Source: Octopus vulgaris (taxonomy: Eukaryota). Taken from it: a DNA stretch of 64,000 nucleotides. The position numbers were made by a program, and so were the translations under genes. The stretch lies in the NCBI GenBank assembly GCA_951406725.2, contig OX597814.1, positions 196,354,001-196,418,000 of the forward strand. Direction: 5' to 3'. Shown here piece after piece: positions 1 to 12,557 of this stretch; within the stretch, counting starts at the first letter, position 1, and the number at the start of each line of letters is the position of its first letter. The notes under the pieces were generated by a model. It had not been told where the DNA came from. It saw only the letters and a list, made by a program, of their open reading frames with translations, and searched no databases.

Positions 1-153
1 TCTACGATGAGTCTAAGATTTAAAAAAAAATTACCATAATTTTTTCCCATTTTTAATGCATTTTTTGCTATTATATAAGGGAAGTAACTATGTAAAAATG
101 CTTATATAGTTATTTCCCTTACAAACCCGAGCAACGCCGGGCGATACTGCTAG
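1..153 (+). mobile_element. 3' end of non-autonomous Helitron
   Basis: Ends with hairpin CCCG-AGCAACGC-CGGG, then CTAG followed by T. Near-identical to the 3' end of the copy at 53772-54159. Confidence 0.8.
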
Positions 154-222
154 TTTAAACAATAAAATAAATAAATGTATATGGAATTAATAAACATTGA
201 AACCTACTGAAACAAGTATATC

Positions 223-406
223 CTTTTCTACTCTAGGCACAAGGCACGAAATTTTTGGGGAGGGGGGTAGTCGATTAGATCGACCCCAATGGTATTTAAT
301 TTATCGATCCCGATATGATGAAAGGCAAAGTCTTCTTCGTAGCGGCAGACAAAATACCGCAAAGTATTTCGCCCGGTGTGCTAACGTTTCAGCCAGCTTG
401 CCGCCT
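223..406 (-). mobile_element. tRNA-derived SINE (family B, head GGCGGCGAGCTGGCAGAA), internally deleted
   Basis: Homologous to 33417-33647. Perfect 18-bp TSD TACTGAAACAAGTATATC at 205-222 and 407-424. Confidence 0.85.
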
Positions 407-678
407 TACTGAAACAAGTATATCATAACAGAATTATATTTGAGAAAATGTTGAGATCTACTTCATCCTTTACTTTGGGGGAGGGATTCCAAAGTTCGAT
501 TTTTAATAAACATTCATCATATTAATTTGGTGGCTTACTATTGTAAGTATTTTTCGAATATGAACACGTTACAAGGATAAGGTGTGTTATGAGCATTTAT
601 AGAACACGTACCCAATAGAAGCCCAACAAACAATTTAAGATGGAGACGAGAAGGTGTTAAAAGTTTTATAAATTTTAA

Positions 679-801
679 TCCACGTATACGATCGTTTGAA
701 ACGGTAATATTAACATGTAAAAAGCATCGAAAAAATTAGAAATTAATTCAATTACAATCATAATGAAATTAATTGCATATTACCGTTCTCCTTAGTGTGA
801 A
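679..801 (-). ncRNA. degenerate hammerhead ribozyme motif
   Basis: Minus strand: CUAAGGA-GAACGGUAAUAU...AUAUUACCGUUU-CAAA-CGAUCG-UA. Long stem II and palindromic loop III are kept; the core is mutated. Confidence 0.45.
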
Positions 802-1304
802 AGTAGAATGCATTAAAAAGAATACATCAGAAGAATATTATATTATTACAGAAGACTAGAAGGAGTGAGTGTCACGTGACATACTCGGTTATGAAAGATG
901 AAAGATAAAAACATGCTTAAGTAGTGCTGAGTCTAATTGTGTATGAACTATAACAGAATTAGTCTACATGTAACAAAACTCAAATTACTGCAGAGAAACC
1001 AACAGAAAAGAGAGATACAAGTAAAAAGCTTGAAATCACGATCGAGAGTGCAACGCCCGAATTATGAAGCCATGCGCCCTCCTGGACAGTATTCTCTTTT
1101 ACCCTCTTTTACTTGTTTCAGTCATTTGACTGCGGCCATGCTGGAGCACCGCCTTTAGTCGAGCATATCGACCCCGGGACTTATTTTTTGTAAGCCCAGT
1201 ACTTATTCTATCAGTCTCTTTTGCCAAACCGCTAAGTGACGGGGACGTAAACACACCAGCATCGGTTGTCAAGCAATGCTAGGGGGACAAACACAGACAC
1301 ACAA

Positions 1305-1349
<45 letters not shown>

Positions 1350-1497
1350 AAAAGCAATAAAGATTCAAGTTAATTTAAATGAATTAACTTGAATATGGTA
1401 CCTAACTTAGATGCACCAAAAGAAAACTATACTGATTTAACAATACAGTAATGTGGGGTGATTATAAGCGAGAAAGAAGCAACAAGAATGGATAGGT

Positions 1498-1588
1498 TTT
1501 TAGTACAATCGTTTCATACAAGGACAGGCTTTATTAAAAGTTGCAAAAATTACAGCATATAAACGTGTCCCGTACTCATCAGCTAAAA
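1498..1588 (-). ncRNA. type I hammerhead ribozyme, canonical core
   Basis: Reverse complement of 2066-2156. Confidence 0.8.
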
Positions 1589-2065
1589 TACATGTGAGTT
1601 CTCTAGACATCCTAGTGGTTGAGGCTATACTCATGAAGTAATGTAGATAATTAAGTAACATAAACAGATTTCCAAAGTTCATTAAAGTTCATTAAAGATG
1701 ATGTACAGTCTTATCATAGAATTTTAAAAAAGTTTTAATAGCATCACAGAGAAGGTGACCTAATCCATAGTGCACATATGAATTTCCAGAGATATGATGA
1801 GGGATTACATACTCACAGAAGACAAATTTATCCATTGTTAATTACAACGAGGTGGGTTTCAATTCCTGCTTATTAGCATTATAGAGAGGGTGAATTAATC
1901 CTTTGTATAGATGCACAATTTCCAATGGTGTAGATCTAAATTTCCAGAGAAATGAAGAGGAATGAACTTTAATGAACTTTGGAAATCTGTTTATGTTACT
2001 TAATTATCTACATTACTTCATGAGTATAGCCTTAACCACTAGGATGTCTAGAGAACTCACATGTA

Positions 2066-2156
2066 TTTTAGCTGATGAGTACGGGACACGTTTATATGCT
2101 GTAATTTTTGCAACTTTTAATAAAGCCTGTCCTTGTATGAAACGATTGTACTAAAA
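2066..2156 (+). ncRNA. type I hammerhead ribozyme, canonical core
   Basis: UUUUAG-CUGAUGA-GUACGGGACA...UGUCCUUGUAU-GAAA-CGAUUG-UA^CUAAAA. Stem I UUUUAG/CUAAAA; cleavage triplet GUA. Confidence 0.8.
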
Positions 2157-2489
2157 ACCTATCCATTCTTGTTGCTTCTTTCTCGTATATATATATATAT
2201 ATATACATATATACGACAGGCTTCTTTCAGTTTCCGTCTACCAAATCCACTCACAAGACATTGGTCGGCCCGGGGCTATAGCAGAAGACACTTGCCCAAG
2301 ATGCTACGCAGTGAGACTGAACCCGGAACCATGTGGTTGTTTAGCAAGCTACTTACCACACAACCATTCCTGCGTATGGTGTATTCTGTTCTTGAGTAAA
2401 CACTACACCTCACGTTGCTCTGCGATTACTGCGACAGCTGAAGCGTGACACAGCTTCTAACTGTTCAGACAACCTATGCATGTGTGTGC

Positions 2490-2585
<96 letters not shown>

Positions 2586-2724
2586 GTCTATCTACCTATC
2601 AATCTATCTATCTGTCTATCTACCTATCTACCTGTCTATCTACCTATCTACCTGTCAATCTATATCTATCTATCAGTCTATCTACCTATCTACCTGTCTA
2701 TCTTCCTAACTACCCGTCAATCTA
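2490..2724. repeat. (TATC)n microsatellite, degenerate toward the 3' side
   Basis: Direct inspection. Confidence 0.95.
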
Positions 2725-3480
2725 TATCTATCGTCAATATTGTCACGCCTCCTTCCTTCAAACGGGAAGGAAGAGCTATTTTCATCATCCTTGTGGCTAT
2801 GGCGAAAGAATGTATCTGGTGGACGCATCTGAAAGGATTGGAGACAAACACTTTCCTCTCTGGTCAATCTCTCATCAACTTCTTCAAGTACCACTTGAAA
2901 AGGAAAGTGAGAGTAGAGAGGCAAGATTTGTCAAGCGAATGTTTTAAAAAAGATGGGTGAATGTAGCAAGGATGGCACGTATGAATGACGAAGCCTCCTT
3001 GAGCATAATCCTATGAACCCAGAAATTGAAAACAGAGGGTTACCCACTTGCAAACAAATGTGGTAACATATAACAATATTGACCAAGGTTACCGTGGTCT
3101 TTTCCGTAGGCTTTTCATCCCACGGATAAACCTTACTTGCTTTCCCCTTTACACCATATATCATAACACTGTGATACACGATCCCTATTGATCGTTTTTT
3201 TCCTCTTCCCCTTTTTTTCCCCTTTTTCTTCTTTTTTTTCATTCCTCTTTTCTTTTGTTCCTTTTCCTTTTTTTAAATTTTTTATTTAAATTTTTTAAAT
3301 TTTTTATTTTATTTATTTATTTTTATTTTTTTTTGTTCTTTTCTTCCCTCTTGATCGAAAACCTACGCCACCCCTTTCTTTTGTTTCTTTTGTTTTTTGT
3401 TTTTTTTATCCCCCAAAAGGAAAGCTCTACCTTGTAACTTGTCCCATCTGTGTGCAGCCGTGTGTGGCCAATAAAAAAAC
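2725..3480 (+). mobile_element. 5'-truncated Tx1/L1-like LINE (ORF2 C-terminus, 3'UTR, A-rich end)
   Basis: [11 protein letters not shown]...LINFFKYHL...F...W resembles the L1/Tx1 ORF2 C-terminus. T-rich UTR, AATAAA-A tail, embedded in (TATC)n. Confidence 0.6.
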
Positions 3481-3798
3481 TTATCTATCTATCTATTTAT
3501 CTATCTATCTAAATATCTATCTATCAAAACATTGTTCCTAAATCTATCAACGACAGATATTTAGTAGCAGTACTTTAATGTAAAGATTATATGCCGGCCA
3601 AAATGGGGCAATCCTTGTTGGGACGAATGCTACATAAGGACACAGGTATTATGTTGTCTAGCCAGCTGGAGACGATGGAGCTAAACAATAGCGAGATTCT
3701 TCTCAACCGGGACTGCCACATTAGGTTAGCAAATAATCTTTACTTTATAGTACGGGTACTAAATATCTCTCGTTGATACATTTAGGAACAATAATGTT

Positions 3799-3851
3799 TA
3801 GATAAGTTTCTTTATTGGCCACACAGGGCTGCACACAGATGGAACAAGTTA
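3799..3851 (-). mobile_element. about 50-bp 3' tip of the same Tx1-like LINE
   Basis: Reverse complement of ~3435-3487, with TATC/GATA units next to it. Confidence 0.7.
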
Positions 3852-4024
3852 AAAAGATAGATAGAAAGATACACGCACATAATATATATATATATATATA
3901 TTTCCAGAGAGAGAGAGAGAGAGAGAGAAAGGAGGCAATGAGAAATTTGGATAATTCTTCATTATCGCTTTCGTTCGTTTATCGATGTCGTCATTTTGAT
4001 TTCGTCTTGACAAGTTCATCTTCT

Positions 4025-4057
<33 letters not shown>

Positions 4058-4099
4058 CATATATATATATGTGTGTGTGTGTGTATGTGTGTATGTTTG

Positions 4100-4296
4100 T
4101 GTGTCTGTGTTTGTCCCTCCAACATCGCTTGACAACCGATGCTGATGTGTTTAGGTTCCCGTAACTGAGCGGTTCGGCAAAAGACACCGATATAATAAGT
4201 ACTAGGCTAATATAGAATAAGTCCTGGGGTTGATTTGCTCTTCTACAGGCGGTGCTCCAGGATGGCTACAGTCAAATGACTGAAACAATAAAAGAC
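4100..4296 (+). mobile_element. SINE family A, 3' half
   Basis: Matches 52200-52408. Confidence 0.8.
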
Positions 4297-4560
4297 TAAT
4301 GTATATATATATATATATGTATAATTTGAATATTTAGCCGTCTCCCTGAATTGATCTTCTAAACTTTATGTATGTATTCATAAATCTTTGCATGTATTTA
4401 AGCATATTTGTATTAACATCAATGCATATGTTACATATGCATGATATTTACATGCATAGATATATATTTATATACATACACACATATATATATGATGCTT
4501 ACATGCATACATATATATATACATAATTATATATGTATACATATATACATATGTATATAC

Positions 4561-4613
<53 letters not shown>

Positions 4614-4778
4614 CATATATATATAAATAATTATATATATATACCCACACATACACACACGCATATAGATATATGTACATAGGTGTGTATACTACTATAT
4701 ATATGCTTATTTGTCAATGTGTACATATGCATAAATATAGATATATATATAAATATATATGTATTATGTGTATAAATG

Positions 4779-4821
<43 letters not shown>

Positions 4822-5225
4822 GTACATACACACACACACACACACATATATCTTTATTTATATATATATATATATAAGGTGTCAGTATGTGTGTATGTAT
4901 GTGTGTGTATATGCGTGTGATTAGGTATGTATAATAACAATGGGAGCCTTTCTAAGTGTTACTTTCGTGATTGATTGATTGTGTGTATATATATATGTGA
5001 ATGCTTCTAAATTAATATTTACAGTGGTAGGTATTTTGACGTCTTTAAAAATTAGTCTTCGTGTATGTATATATATGTGTATATACACAAGTGTTTGCAT
5101 GTCATGTGTGTTTCTTTATTGTTCATGACATTGTGAGTTCACAGTTATTTTTCTACGCATTTCTCTCAAATATTTGATGTTCAATTTGTTTATATAAATG
5201 AACGTACCAATGCACAGATATATGC

Positions 5226-5285
<60 letters not shown>

Positions 5286-5346
5286 GTACATATATATATA
5301 TATATATATATATACATATGTATATATATATATACATATATATATA

Positions 5347-5380
<34 letters not shown>

Positions 5381-5393
5381 TATATATATATGC

Positions 5394-5424
<31 letters not shown>

Positions 5425-5880
5425 CATATATATATACATATATATATATATGCATATATATATATATATATACATACATTTGTGTATATGTGTATGTGTG
5501 TGTGCGTATATGCAAGTATACATGTTTGTCTCTGTTGGTCTGTGTATAAATACGCATATATGTGTGCACGTATGCATGCTTTAATATGTGACTAGAAATT
5601 GTGTACGCACATGTGAGCACTACGTGTGTCAAACTAGTGTGTCTGTATGTGTGAGGTGGCATGTATCTATATGTGTTAATACTAAACACGTGAAATGAAA
5701 TTCATTGTAATTTGATAAGGTATGTTTGCATCAGAAGCAATATTCTTTAATTACACAGACAGAATATGACGACAACAGGCATGCAATTGCTTTATCATTC
5801 GATTTTCTCCGAATTGGCAGTTGCATATTTGGCGAAACATGGTAATGTATATGCAATGCAATCTGTCAGATAAAAAATAG

Positions 5881-5918
<38 letters not shown>

Positions 5919-7167
5919 CACACACACACATATATACATGTATAATCATATATGTATAGATGCATATATATATATATTTATTTATTTATATGTATATATA
6001 ATATATTTATATATGTGTATATATATATCCATGTATGCATATTATATTTAACGTACCCTCACTACCTATCTATCTAACTATCTATCTATCTATCAATCTA
6101 TCAATCCTCTCTCTCTCTCTCTCTCTCTGTATATGTATATATATATATATACATACGCATGCAGACAATTATATATATACTCATCAGTGTGTGTGTGTGT
6201 GTTGGCGTGTTCGTGTTTGTGTAACTTCGTCGATTCTTACCCATGTGTATATACGAGTATATTAATCCTCTCTCGCATCAATTATAGTCATACACAAATA
6301 TTGATTATTGCATAATACTATATGTATGCATAAGATTGTCCGTGTAGATGTACGTCTCTGTGTGTTTTGCACATGCATGCATCATTCTATGTTTGTGTAT
6401 CTATACCTGTGTATATAAATATCAGCTTGTGTTGTCAGTACGTATAGCAAATGAAAACTTTCAACCGCATAAGGCATGCAGATAACAGCTTACATTTTAA
6501 AAGTTGTGAAATAGACCGCAGTTGATGCGATGCATTCTAGATTGACTAACACATTCAAAAGTTTTTCAAACATGGAAAATTCTTTTACATAATATGCCAT
6601 ATGTTATCGTGCATAATTCCTACATTTTGGTATTTGAATTTAACTGAACAAGTTGGGGTGCGAATTCAAAAGCACGACAAAACTAAAAGTATGACGGGAA
6701 AAAAATTTTGTACCTGCATTTAACACCAAATTAGGGGTTGAAATCATACAGGAGGAAATATAGGGATTTCGCTGATATATGGCTCTGGATTGGATTGGAT
6801 TAGATTACATATGATCACGTTACTGCTGGACAAAGTCCTCAGTATGTACTCTCCAGCGAAACGAAAGGTAAGATGTGTAGGCCGTGAGTTTGAGCTTGAC
6901 ATCATACTGGTTTCATAAGCCGACTCTGTCACGCTGGTTCGACATGGTTTTACCAAGATAGGGGTGGTGAAAATTTTATTCTAATACACAGGAGTTAAGT
7001 CGATTACATCAACTTCAGTGCGCACCTGTTATGTAAATATATATGTAAATATATATATATATATGTATATATTTACATATATATATATATATATATACGT
7101 ATATATATATATACTACATACGTGTATATATATATATACGTATATATATATATATATATATATACAC

Positions 7168-7221
<54 letters not shown>

Positions 7222-7226
<5 letters not shown>

Positions 7227-7368
7227 CATCAACAATTTAGATTCAAATGAATATGGCACTTAATTTAGATGCACCAGAATTTTGTATGGTGTTACCCATA
7301 AAAATATGCGGGGTGATTATAATCAAAAATAAGCAACTAAATGACCGGATTCATTCTTGTTGCTCATT

Positions 7369-7370
<2 letters not shown>
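7222..7370. mobile_element. short relative of the 1348-2185 element with small terminal inversion, in (TA)n
   Basis: Shares GAATATGG..TTAGATGCACCA..GGGGTGATTATAA with 1391-1468. TCATTCTTGTTGCT is an imperfect inverse of AGCAACTAAATGA. Confidence 0.6.
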
Positions 7371-7412
<42 letters not shown>

Positions 7413-7851
7413 ATGCGGAGCAAATATTTTGCGAAGATATCATTGACTCTGTTATTATTTAGTCTAACAATTTAAAAATGATAACAGAATCAATAATATA
7501 GGCGATTGCAGCACCCCCACCCCAAAAAAGCATTAAGTATCTGAAAGATTAGAATTAATGAAAGGACTGACTAAGTATGTCTACCTGCTGGAAATAACAG
7601 TCAAATCTCTTTTCTTTTAATCGCCAAAATACACTGATAATAACTACAGAAATAAACCGTCCAAACACCAAAGGGCTATGACAATCTCCCAATGTACATT
7701 CAAGTATTTGGACTCACGTGAACCGATTTCGCCACTGGCAAGATAGCTTCAACTTCATCTGCACGTGTTACCATGATAGAGACCCCCAACCGGTCGTGTT
7801 AAAGTCTGCGCTGCAACTGATTCGTAATTACACACACACACTTATAAATCT

Positions 7852-8275
7852 TATTTACTCTATTTACATTTGACAGATATATGTCCTCATCTTCTTTGTT
7901 GTTAACACGACGTTTCGGCTGATATACTCTCTAGCCTTCATCAAGTGTCATGGGGAAATTTCGAACTGGGTTCTCATTCCTAAGGTACTTTTCGATCTTC
8001 TTCTCCTTCTTCTTCTTCTTCTTCTTCTTCTTCTTCTTCTTCTTCTTCTTCTTCTTCTTCTTCTTCTTCTTCTTCTTCTTCTTCTTCTTCTTCTTCTTCT
8101 TCTTTCTTTTCTATTTCCACTTCCTTTCTTCCTCCTTCTCCTTCTTTTCTCCTTCACCTTCTTTTCTCCTTCTTCTCCTTCTCCTTCTTCTCCTTTTCCT
8201 TCTCCTTCTTCTTATCATTCAGGTCATTGCCTGGAATCGAACTCGGAATCTCTTAACCACTACGCTATATGCCCG
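7852..8275 (-). mobile_element. tRNA-headed SINE-like element with (GAA)n and a 3' hammerhead module
   Basis: Minus strand: A box TAGCGTAGTGG, B box GAGTTCGATTCC, (GAA)n, then HHR and A-rich tail. An inverted copy of its 3' end lies at 8285-8345. Confidence 0.7.
7904..7949 (-). ncRNA. minimal hammerhead ribozyme (UUGAUGA core in this copy)
   Basis: GACAC-UUGAUGA-A-GGCU...AGCC-GAAA-CG-UC^GUGUU. The sister copy at 60031 has CUGAUGA. Confidence 0.7.
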
Positions 8276-8432
8276 TGGGCAAATCTGGAGGGTATATCAG
8301 CTGAAACGTTGTGTTAACAACAAACAAGATGCGGACAAATATCCGGCGAAGGTTTGCGCTGTCCGAGTGCTTTTCTAGTTTATTTTGTTTTATTTAACTT
8401 AATTTTTGCAATTCAATAAATTAAATAAGTAT

Positions 8433-8696
8433 TGGTTGTATACTGTCAATTTAACGTGACCGTAGGGGATCATACCACCGCTGTTTAGCCCTAGGAAGCA
8501 TCGATGCTTCCTGATGTCTTCGACACATTTTTTCCTGTGTCCTTATATATTTACGAAGGGGAGACAAAAAAAATGTAAATATATAAGGACACAGGAAAAA
8601 ATGTGTCGAAGCCACCAGGAAGCGTCGATGCTTCCTAGGGCTAAACAGCGGTGGTGTAATCCCCTACGGTCACGTTAAATTGACAGTATACAACCA
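8433..8696. repeat. 122-bp inverted repeat (fold-back element)
   Basis: Arms 8433-8554 and 8575-8696 with about 5 mismatches. Each arm contains the palindrome AGGAAGCATCGATGCTTCCT. Confidence 0.85.
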
Positions 8697-8892
8697 TTCT
8701 ATCGCCCCACCACCGTACATATCTCTATGAGATATTTAGAAGTTTAATATTTCTAAATAAGTATTGTTTTATGTATTTCTAAACACAGACTCTGAAATAA
8801 AATATTTAGCAAAATTTCCACTGGCATCTGTACAATTTCGGAGAGTTGATTTATCTAAATTTCATATCTCACTTATTCTCAGGAAAACACTG

Positions 8893-9279
8893 GAAGGAAG
8901 CACTCCGTCGGTTACGACGACGAGGGTTCCGGTTGATCCGAATCAACGGAACAGCCTGCTCGTGAAATTAACGTGTAAGTGGCTGAGCACTCCACAGACA
9001 CGTGTACCCTTAACGTAGTTCTCGGGGATATTCAGCGTGACACAGAGAGTGACAAGGCTGGCCCCTTTGAAATACAGGTACAACAGAAACAGGAAGTAAG
9101 AGTGAGAGAAAGTTGTGGTGAAAGAGTACAGCAGGGATCGCCACCATCCCCTGCCGCAGCCTCGTGGAGCTTTTAGGTGTTTTCGCTCAATAAACACTCA
9201 CAACGCCCGGTCTGGGAATCGAAACCACGATCCTATGACCGCGAGTCCGCTGCCCTAACCACTGGGCCATTGCGCCTCC
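8893..9279 (-). mobile_element. tRNA-derived SINE family C (head GGAGGCGCAATGGCCCAGTGG)
   Basis: A and B boxes present. TSD TCAGGAAAACACTG at 8879-8892 and 9280-9293. Confidence 0.88.
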
Positions 9280-9870
9280 TCAGGAAAACACTGATGAAGC
9301 TTTGGTATGTTGCTTACTTGTGCTTATTACAAACTGTATCGTTTGAGAAAAAACCAACCAGCTGGAGGCGTAATTATATAAAGAAATTAGCTACTTACAT
9401 AATCAAGTGTCAAATATGCAAATGAGGCATAATAAATTTCCAAATATATTTCTTTGTATTGCTCTCATCATTTTGCGACAAAATATATCAAAGTGTATAT
9501 GATATGAAGGAATCAGAGTTTTTCTACGGATATGATTGCTGAGAGAATATTGTTAATGTATTCATATATGCATAATGAATATCTTTCAAAACTCATAAAT
9601 AAAAACTCACTGGTACAGTCACTTAAATGCACGCGCACACAAACACAAACACATTCGCGCCCACATGTATATTTCAAGTACCTGTATCCTTGTCACACAG
9701 TTTCCATAAAGCAAAAACGAAACATATTGCAGTTGAATTTTCTTTGCTAAATCAGTGCTGTATTGCCGATTTAAATATATAGCTATTGATACTAACTGTT
9801 TAAAAAAATTAAGAAATTGATAAACAAAATATACCTGAACATACAAAGGTTATGTTAAAATAGTTGCATC

Positions 9871-9928
<58 letters not shown>

Positions 9929-10022
9929 TTGGAATTTTCAAAACATAAACAAAACAAAAGACGAAGACGGTTGTGAAAACAACAAACAGATGTATTAGTT
10001 TAAATTCGGGAAGTGATAAAAT

Positions 10023-10058
10023 CTTTTACGTTTCGAGCCTAGGTTCTTCAACAGAAAG
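10023..10058 (-). ncRNA. hammerhead-like motif, U6 variant core (CUGUUGA)
   Basis: CUUU-CUGUUGA-A-GAAC cuag GCUC-GAAA-CG-UA^AAAG, inside PLE 3' fragment ~9935-10160. Confidence 0.55.
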
Positions 10059-10329
10059 GAACACAGAAATAGACAGAGAGAGAAAATAAAAAAATGGGAG
10101 AGAAAATAAAAAAAAGAGAGAGAAAATAAAAAAAAGAGAGAGATATTAAAAGGTGAGAGAAACACTTATATATATTCTTTTTGCAAGATTCTTGATATGA
10201 ATTTGTGTGTTGAAACATATATTGTTGTATTTGGGGATAGTCATTTTGCCAGTTTAGCCAATACAAACACATGCACTATATATTTGGTGGTCACTTGCTT
10301 CAGCTTTTATTTCATATTAACTGTATTTC

Positions 10330-10374
10330 GGTCAGAGTTCTTTCGTCACACTTCTGTGACCTCATCAGTGGTCC
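10330..10374 (-). ncRNA. hammerhead ribozyme, canonical core
   Basis: GGACCA-CUGAUGA-G-GUCAC agaagu GUGAC-GAAA-GAAC-UC^UGACC. Sister copy at 49267-49311. Confidence 0.65.
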
Positions 10375-10769
10375 TTTGCTTTCTTCTTTCTTTTTTTTGT
10401 GTCTCTCTTTACTAAAGATCTACCGTTTTGTTAGTAAGCAGAGGATATTTGAGAGCTACCAAGGTACCCACCCGGATAAATATCCCTCTACCATGGTATC
10501 CACCGGCATTATATATCTCCTCTAAACTCTCTGTCTGTCTGTCTATCTGTCTTTCTCTTAAACACACATGCACACACACATACACAAACACAGACACACA
10601 CACATACACACGCACACACACATACATATGTATATATATAAACCGAAACCCTGCATAGTTTCGTGTTTCATCGTGTTTTCATACAAGATGGAAACTAGTA
10701 CCAACATCCCGTATGGCAGGCGTGAAAACTTCTGGGAATTCTAGACGTGAACCCAATGGTGGTCTTGTT

Positions 10770-11118
10770 AACCAGCCTGAGACCTCCTTCAATCACGACA
10801 CAAACCATGGGATTGCATCTAGAAAGTTACCCTCCCAGGCACAAGTCCAGGCAAGTTTACTTATGGAAGACCAGCAGTCGCCCATGTATACCGGCATCCC
10901 CTCTCCACGCCACCAGTGTTATCCAAGGGAAAGGCAAAGGGGCCGATACAGCTTGGCACCTGTGACGTCGCAACTCATTTCTACAGCTGAGTGAACTGGA
11001 GCAACGTGAAATAAAGTGTATTGCTCATGAACACAACACGCAGCCTGATCCGAGATTCGAGCTCACAACCTCATGATCGTAAGCTCGACGCACTAACCAC
11101 TGAGCCATGCGCCTTCAC
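10770..11118 (-). mobile_element. tRNA-derived SINE (family D)
   Basis: Head GTGAAGGCGCATGGCTCAGTGG with B-box-like GCTCGAATCTC. Central block shared with 56811-57129. Confidence 0.75.
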
Positions 11119-12189
11119 AAAACAGCATATATAATATATTCAATGTACGTAAGGAAGGAATTAGTGACTTAATATTCAATGATGGAATATTTGACTAAGT
11201 GAATGTTTACTCCTAAGTAAGTTTTATGCGCGCTTTAAGATATCGATTTAGATGTGTTGTTAGTAGTTATGTCGTTTAGCCTCTAGTCTACTCTGTGAGT
11301 AGAGCCCTATGACGAAAAGCATTGTAGCTGCAACTACCGCTTCTTTTTGCGGATATATGTGGTGGTTCTTTAGACAATATAGTTTCTCATTGAAGCTGCG
11401 ATTTTTGATAGATTTGTTTGGTTGTTTCAGCGGGTCTCTTATGTAAATACCCTCTTCTTTTGAAACTTGAGAATCTCTTCTTTGATGTCTAAGGTGTTTG
11501 ACTGCTGCAGATTATTTTGTGAAAATATGATATGAACCGTCGCTTTACGAATGCAGCAACTTCCTTGTTCGCCTCAGTGTCGCAAACCCAACAAAGCATG
11601 TAAGCAACGACGCTAAACTTCAACTCTTCATAAAAGGGCCAAAAGCAAATGTGTAGGACTGTACCGGACTTAAGTTTACAGCGAGAATAGGTGGTATGCT
11701 TCCATTATCCAAGTACAAGTTGCCAACATACCTCCCTTAACAATTTAAGCCGATTGCAAAATTAGGTAGGCAGAATAAAGGTTGACCTCCGACACTAAGT
11801 GATACTGTCACATCGTTATAAATATCAAACATCAAACCTGTCAGGAATCGACTAGTAGTTAGTAGTTTGGTGCATCTTAGAGCGATTACTATTAAGGCTA
11901 TATTATAACAATTATCGATCTGGTGATATGAAACTCACTAGAATGTAACGAGAAGCATGAGTAAAAGAACATCTCGAGAGAGATGCTTCAATAACTAGCA
12001 AAAGATTACGAGAGAGAATATCATTTAAATAAACGTTGACGATCAACAGAATGTTGCTCTAGAGACGTGCAACTTTGCAACCCATTATCTAAACAACCAT
12101 TATGAGTTTGTATTCCATCGATAGCCATTATCACGTTTTAGCAATATCCATATATCCATATATATATATATATATATATATATGACACA

Positions 12190-12258
<69 letters not shown>

Positions 12259-12433
12259 CCATATATATATACACATATATATATCCATATATATATATAA
12301 TATATATCCATATATCCATATATATATATATATCTATATATATATATATAAATATATACACACACAACATATATATATATATCCATATATATATATTTAT
12401 ATCCATATATCCATATATATATACATATATGCA

Positions 12434-12466
<33 letters not shown>

Positions 12467-12499
12467 CCATATATCCATATATATACATATATGCATATA

Positions 12500-12557
<58 letters not shown>

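Larger units (their letters stand above)
1348..2185. mobile_element. non-coding PLE-type insert with 225-bp inverted repeat, one HHR in each arm
   Basis: Arms 1469-1693 and 1961-2185 differ by about 1 nt. Flanked by (TA)n on both sides. Confidence 0.75.
1093..2374 (-). mobile_element. SINE family A split by an insertion into its internal (TA)n
   Basis: The 3' half (~1093-1320) and 5' half (~2211-2374) match the intact copy at 24431-24829. Confidence 0.85.

Noticed and set aside
1500-2154. Twin 60-aa ORFs on opposite strands
   Set aside because: By-product of the inverted repeat. The conserved feature is the RNA fold, and there is no protein motif.
6751-6875. Possible exon ending at AAG|GTAAGA
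   Set aside because: Good donor, but no polypyrimidine acceptor and no recognisable peptide.
8225-8275. Genuine tRNA gene
   Set aside because: Lacks the anticodon arm and acceptor-stem closure; this and similar A/B-box segments are SINE heads.
9291-9300. CTGATGAAGC as an HHR core
   Set aside because: No stem II/GAAA/stem I partner; it overlaps a TSD.
11700-12090. Possible hAT transposase C-terminus and TIR (TTTGCAACCC)
   Set aside because: Only a faint motif, with no partner TIR or TSD found.
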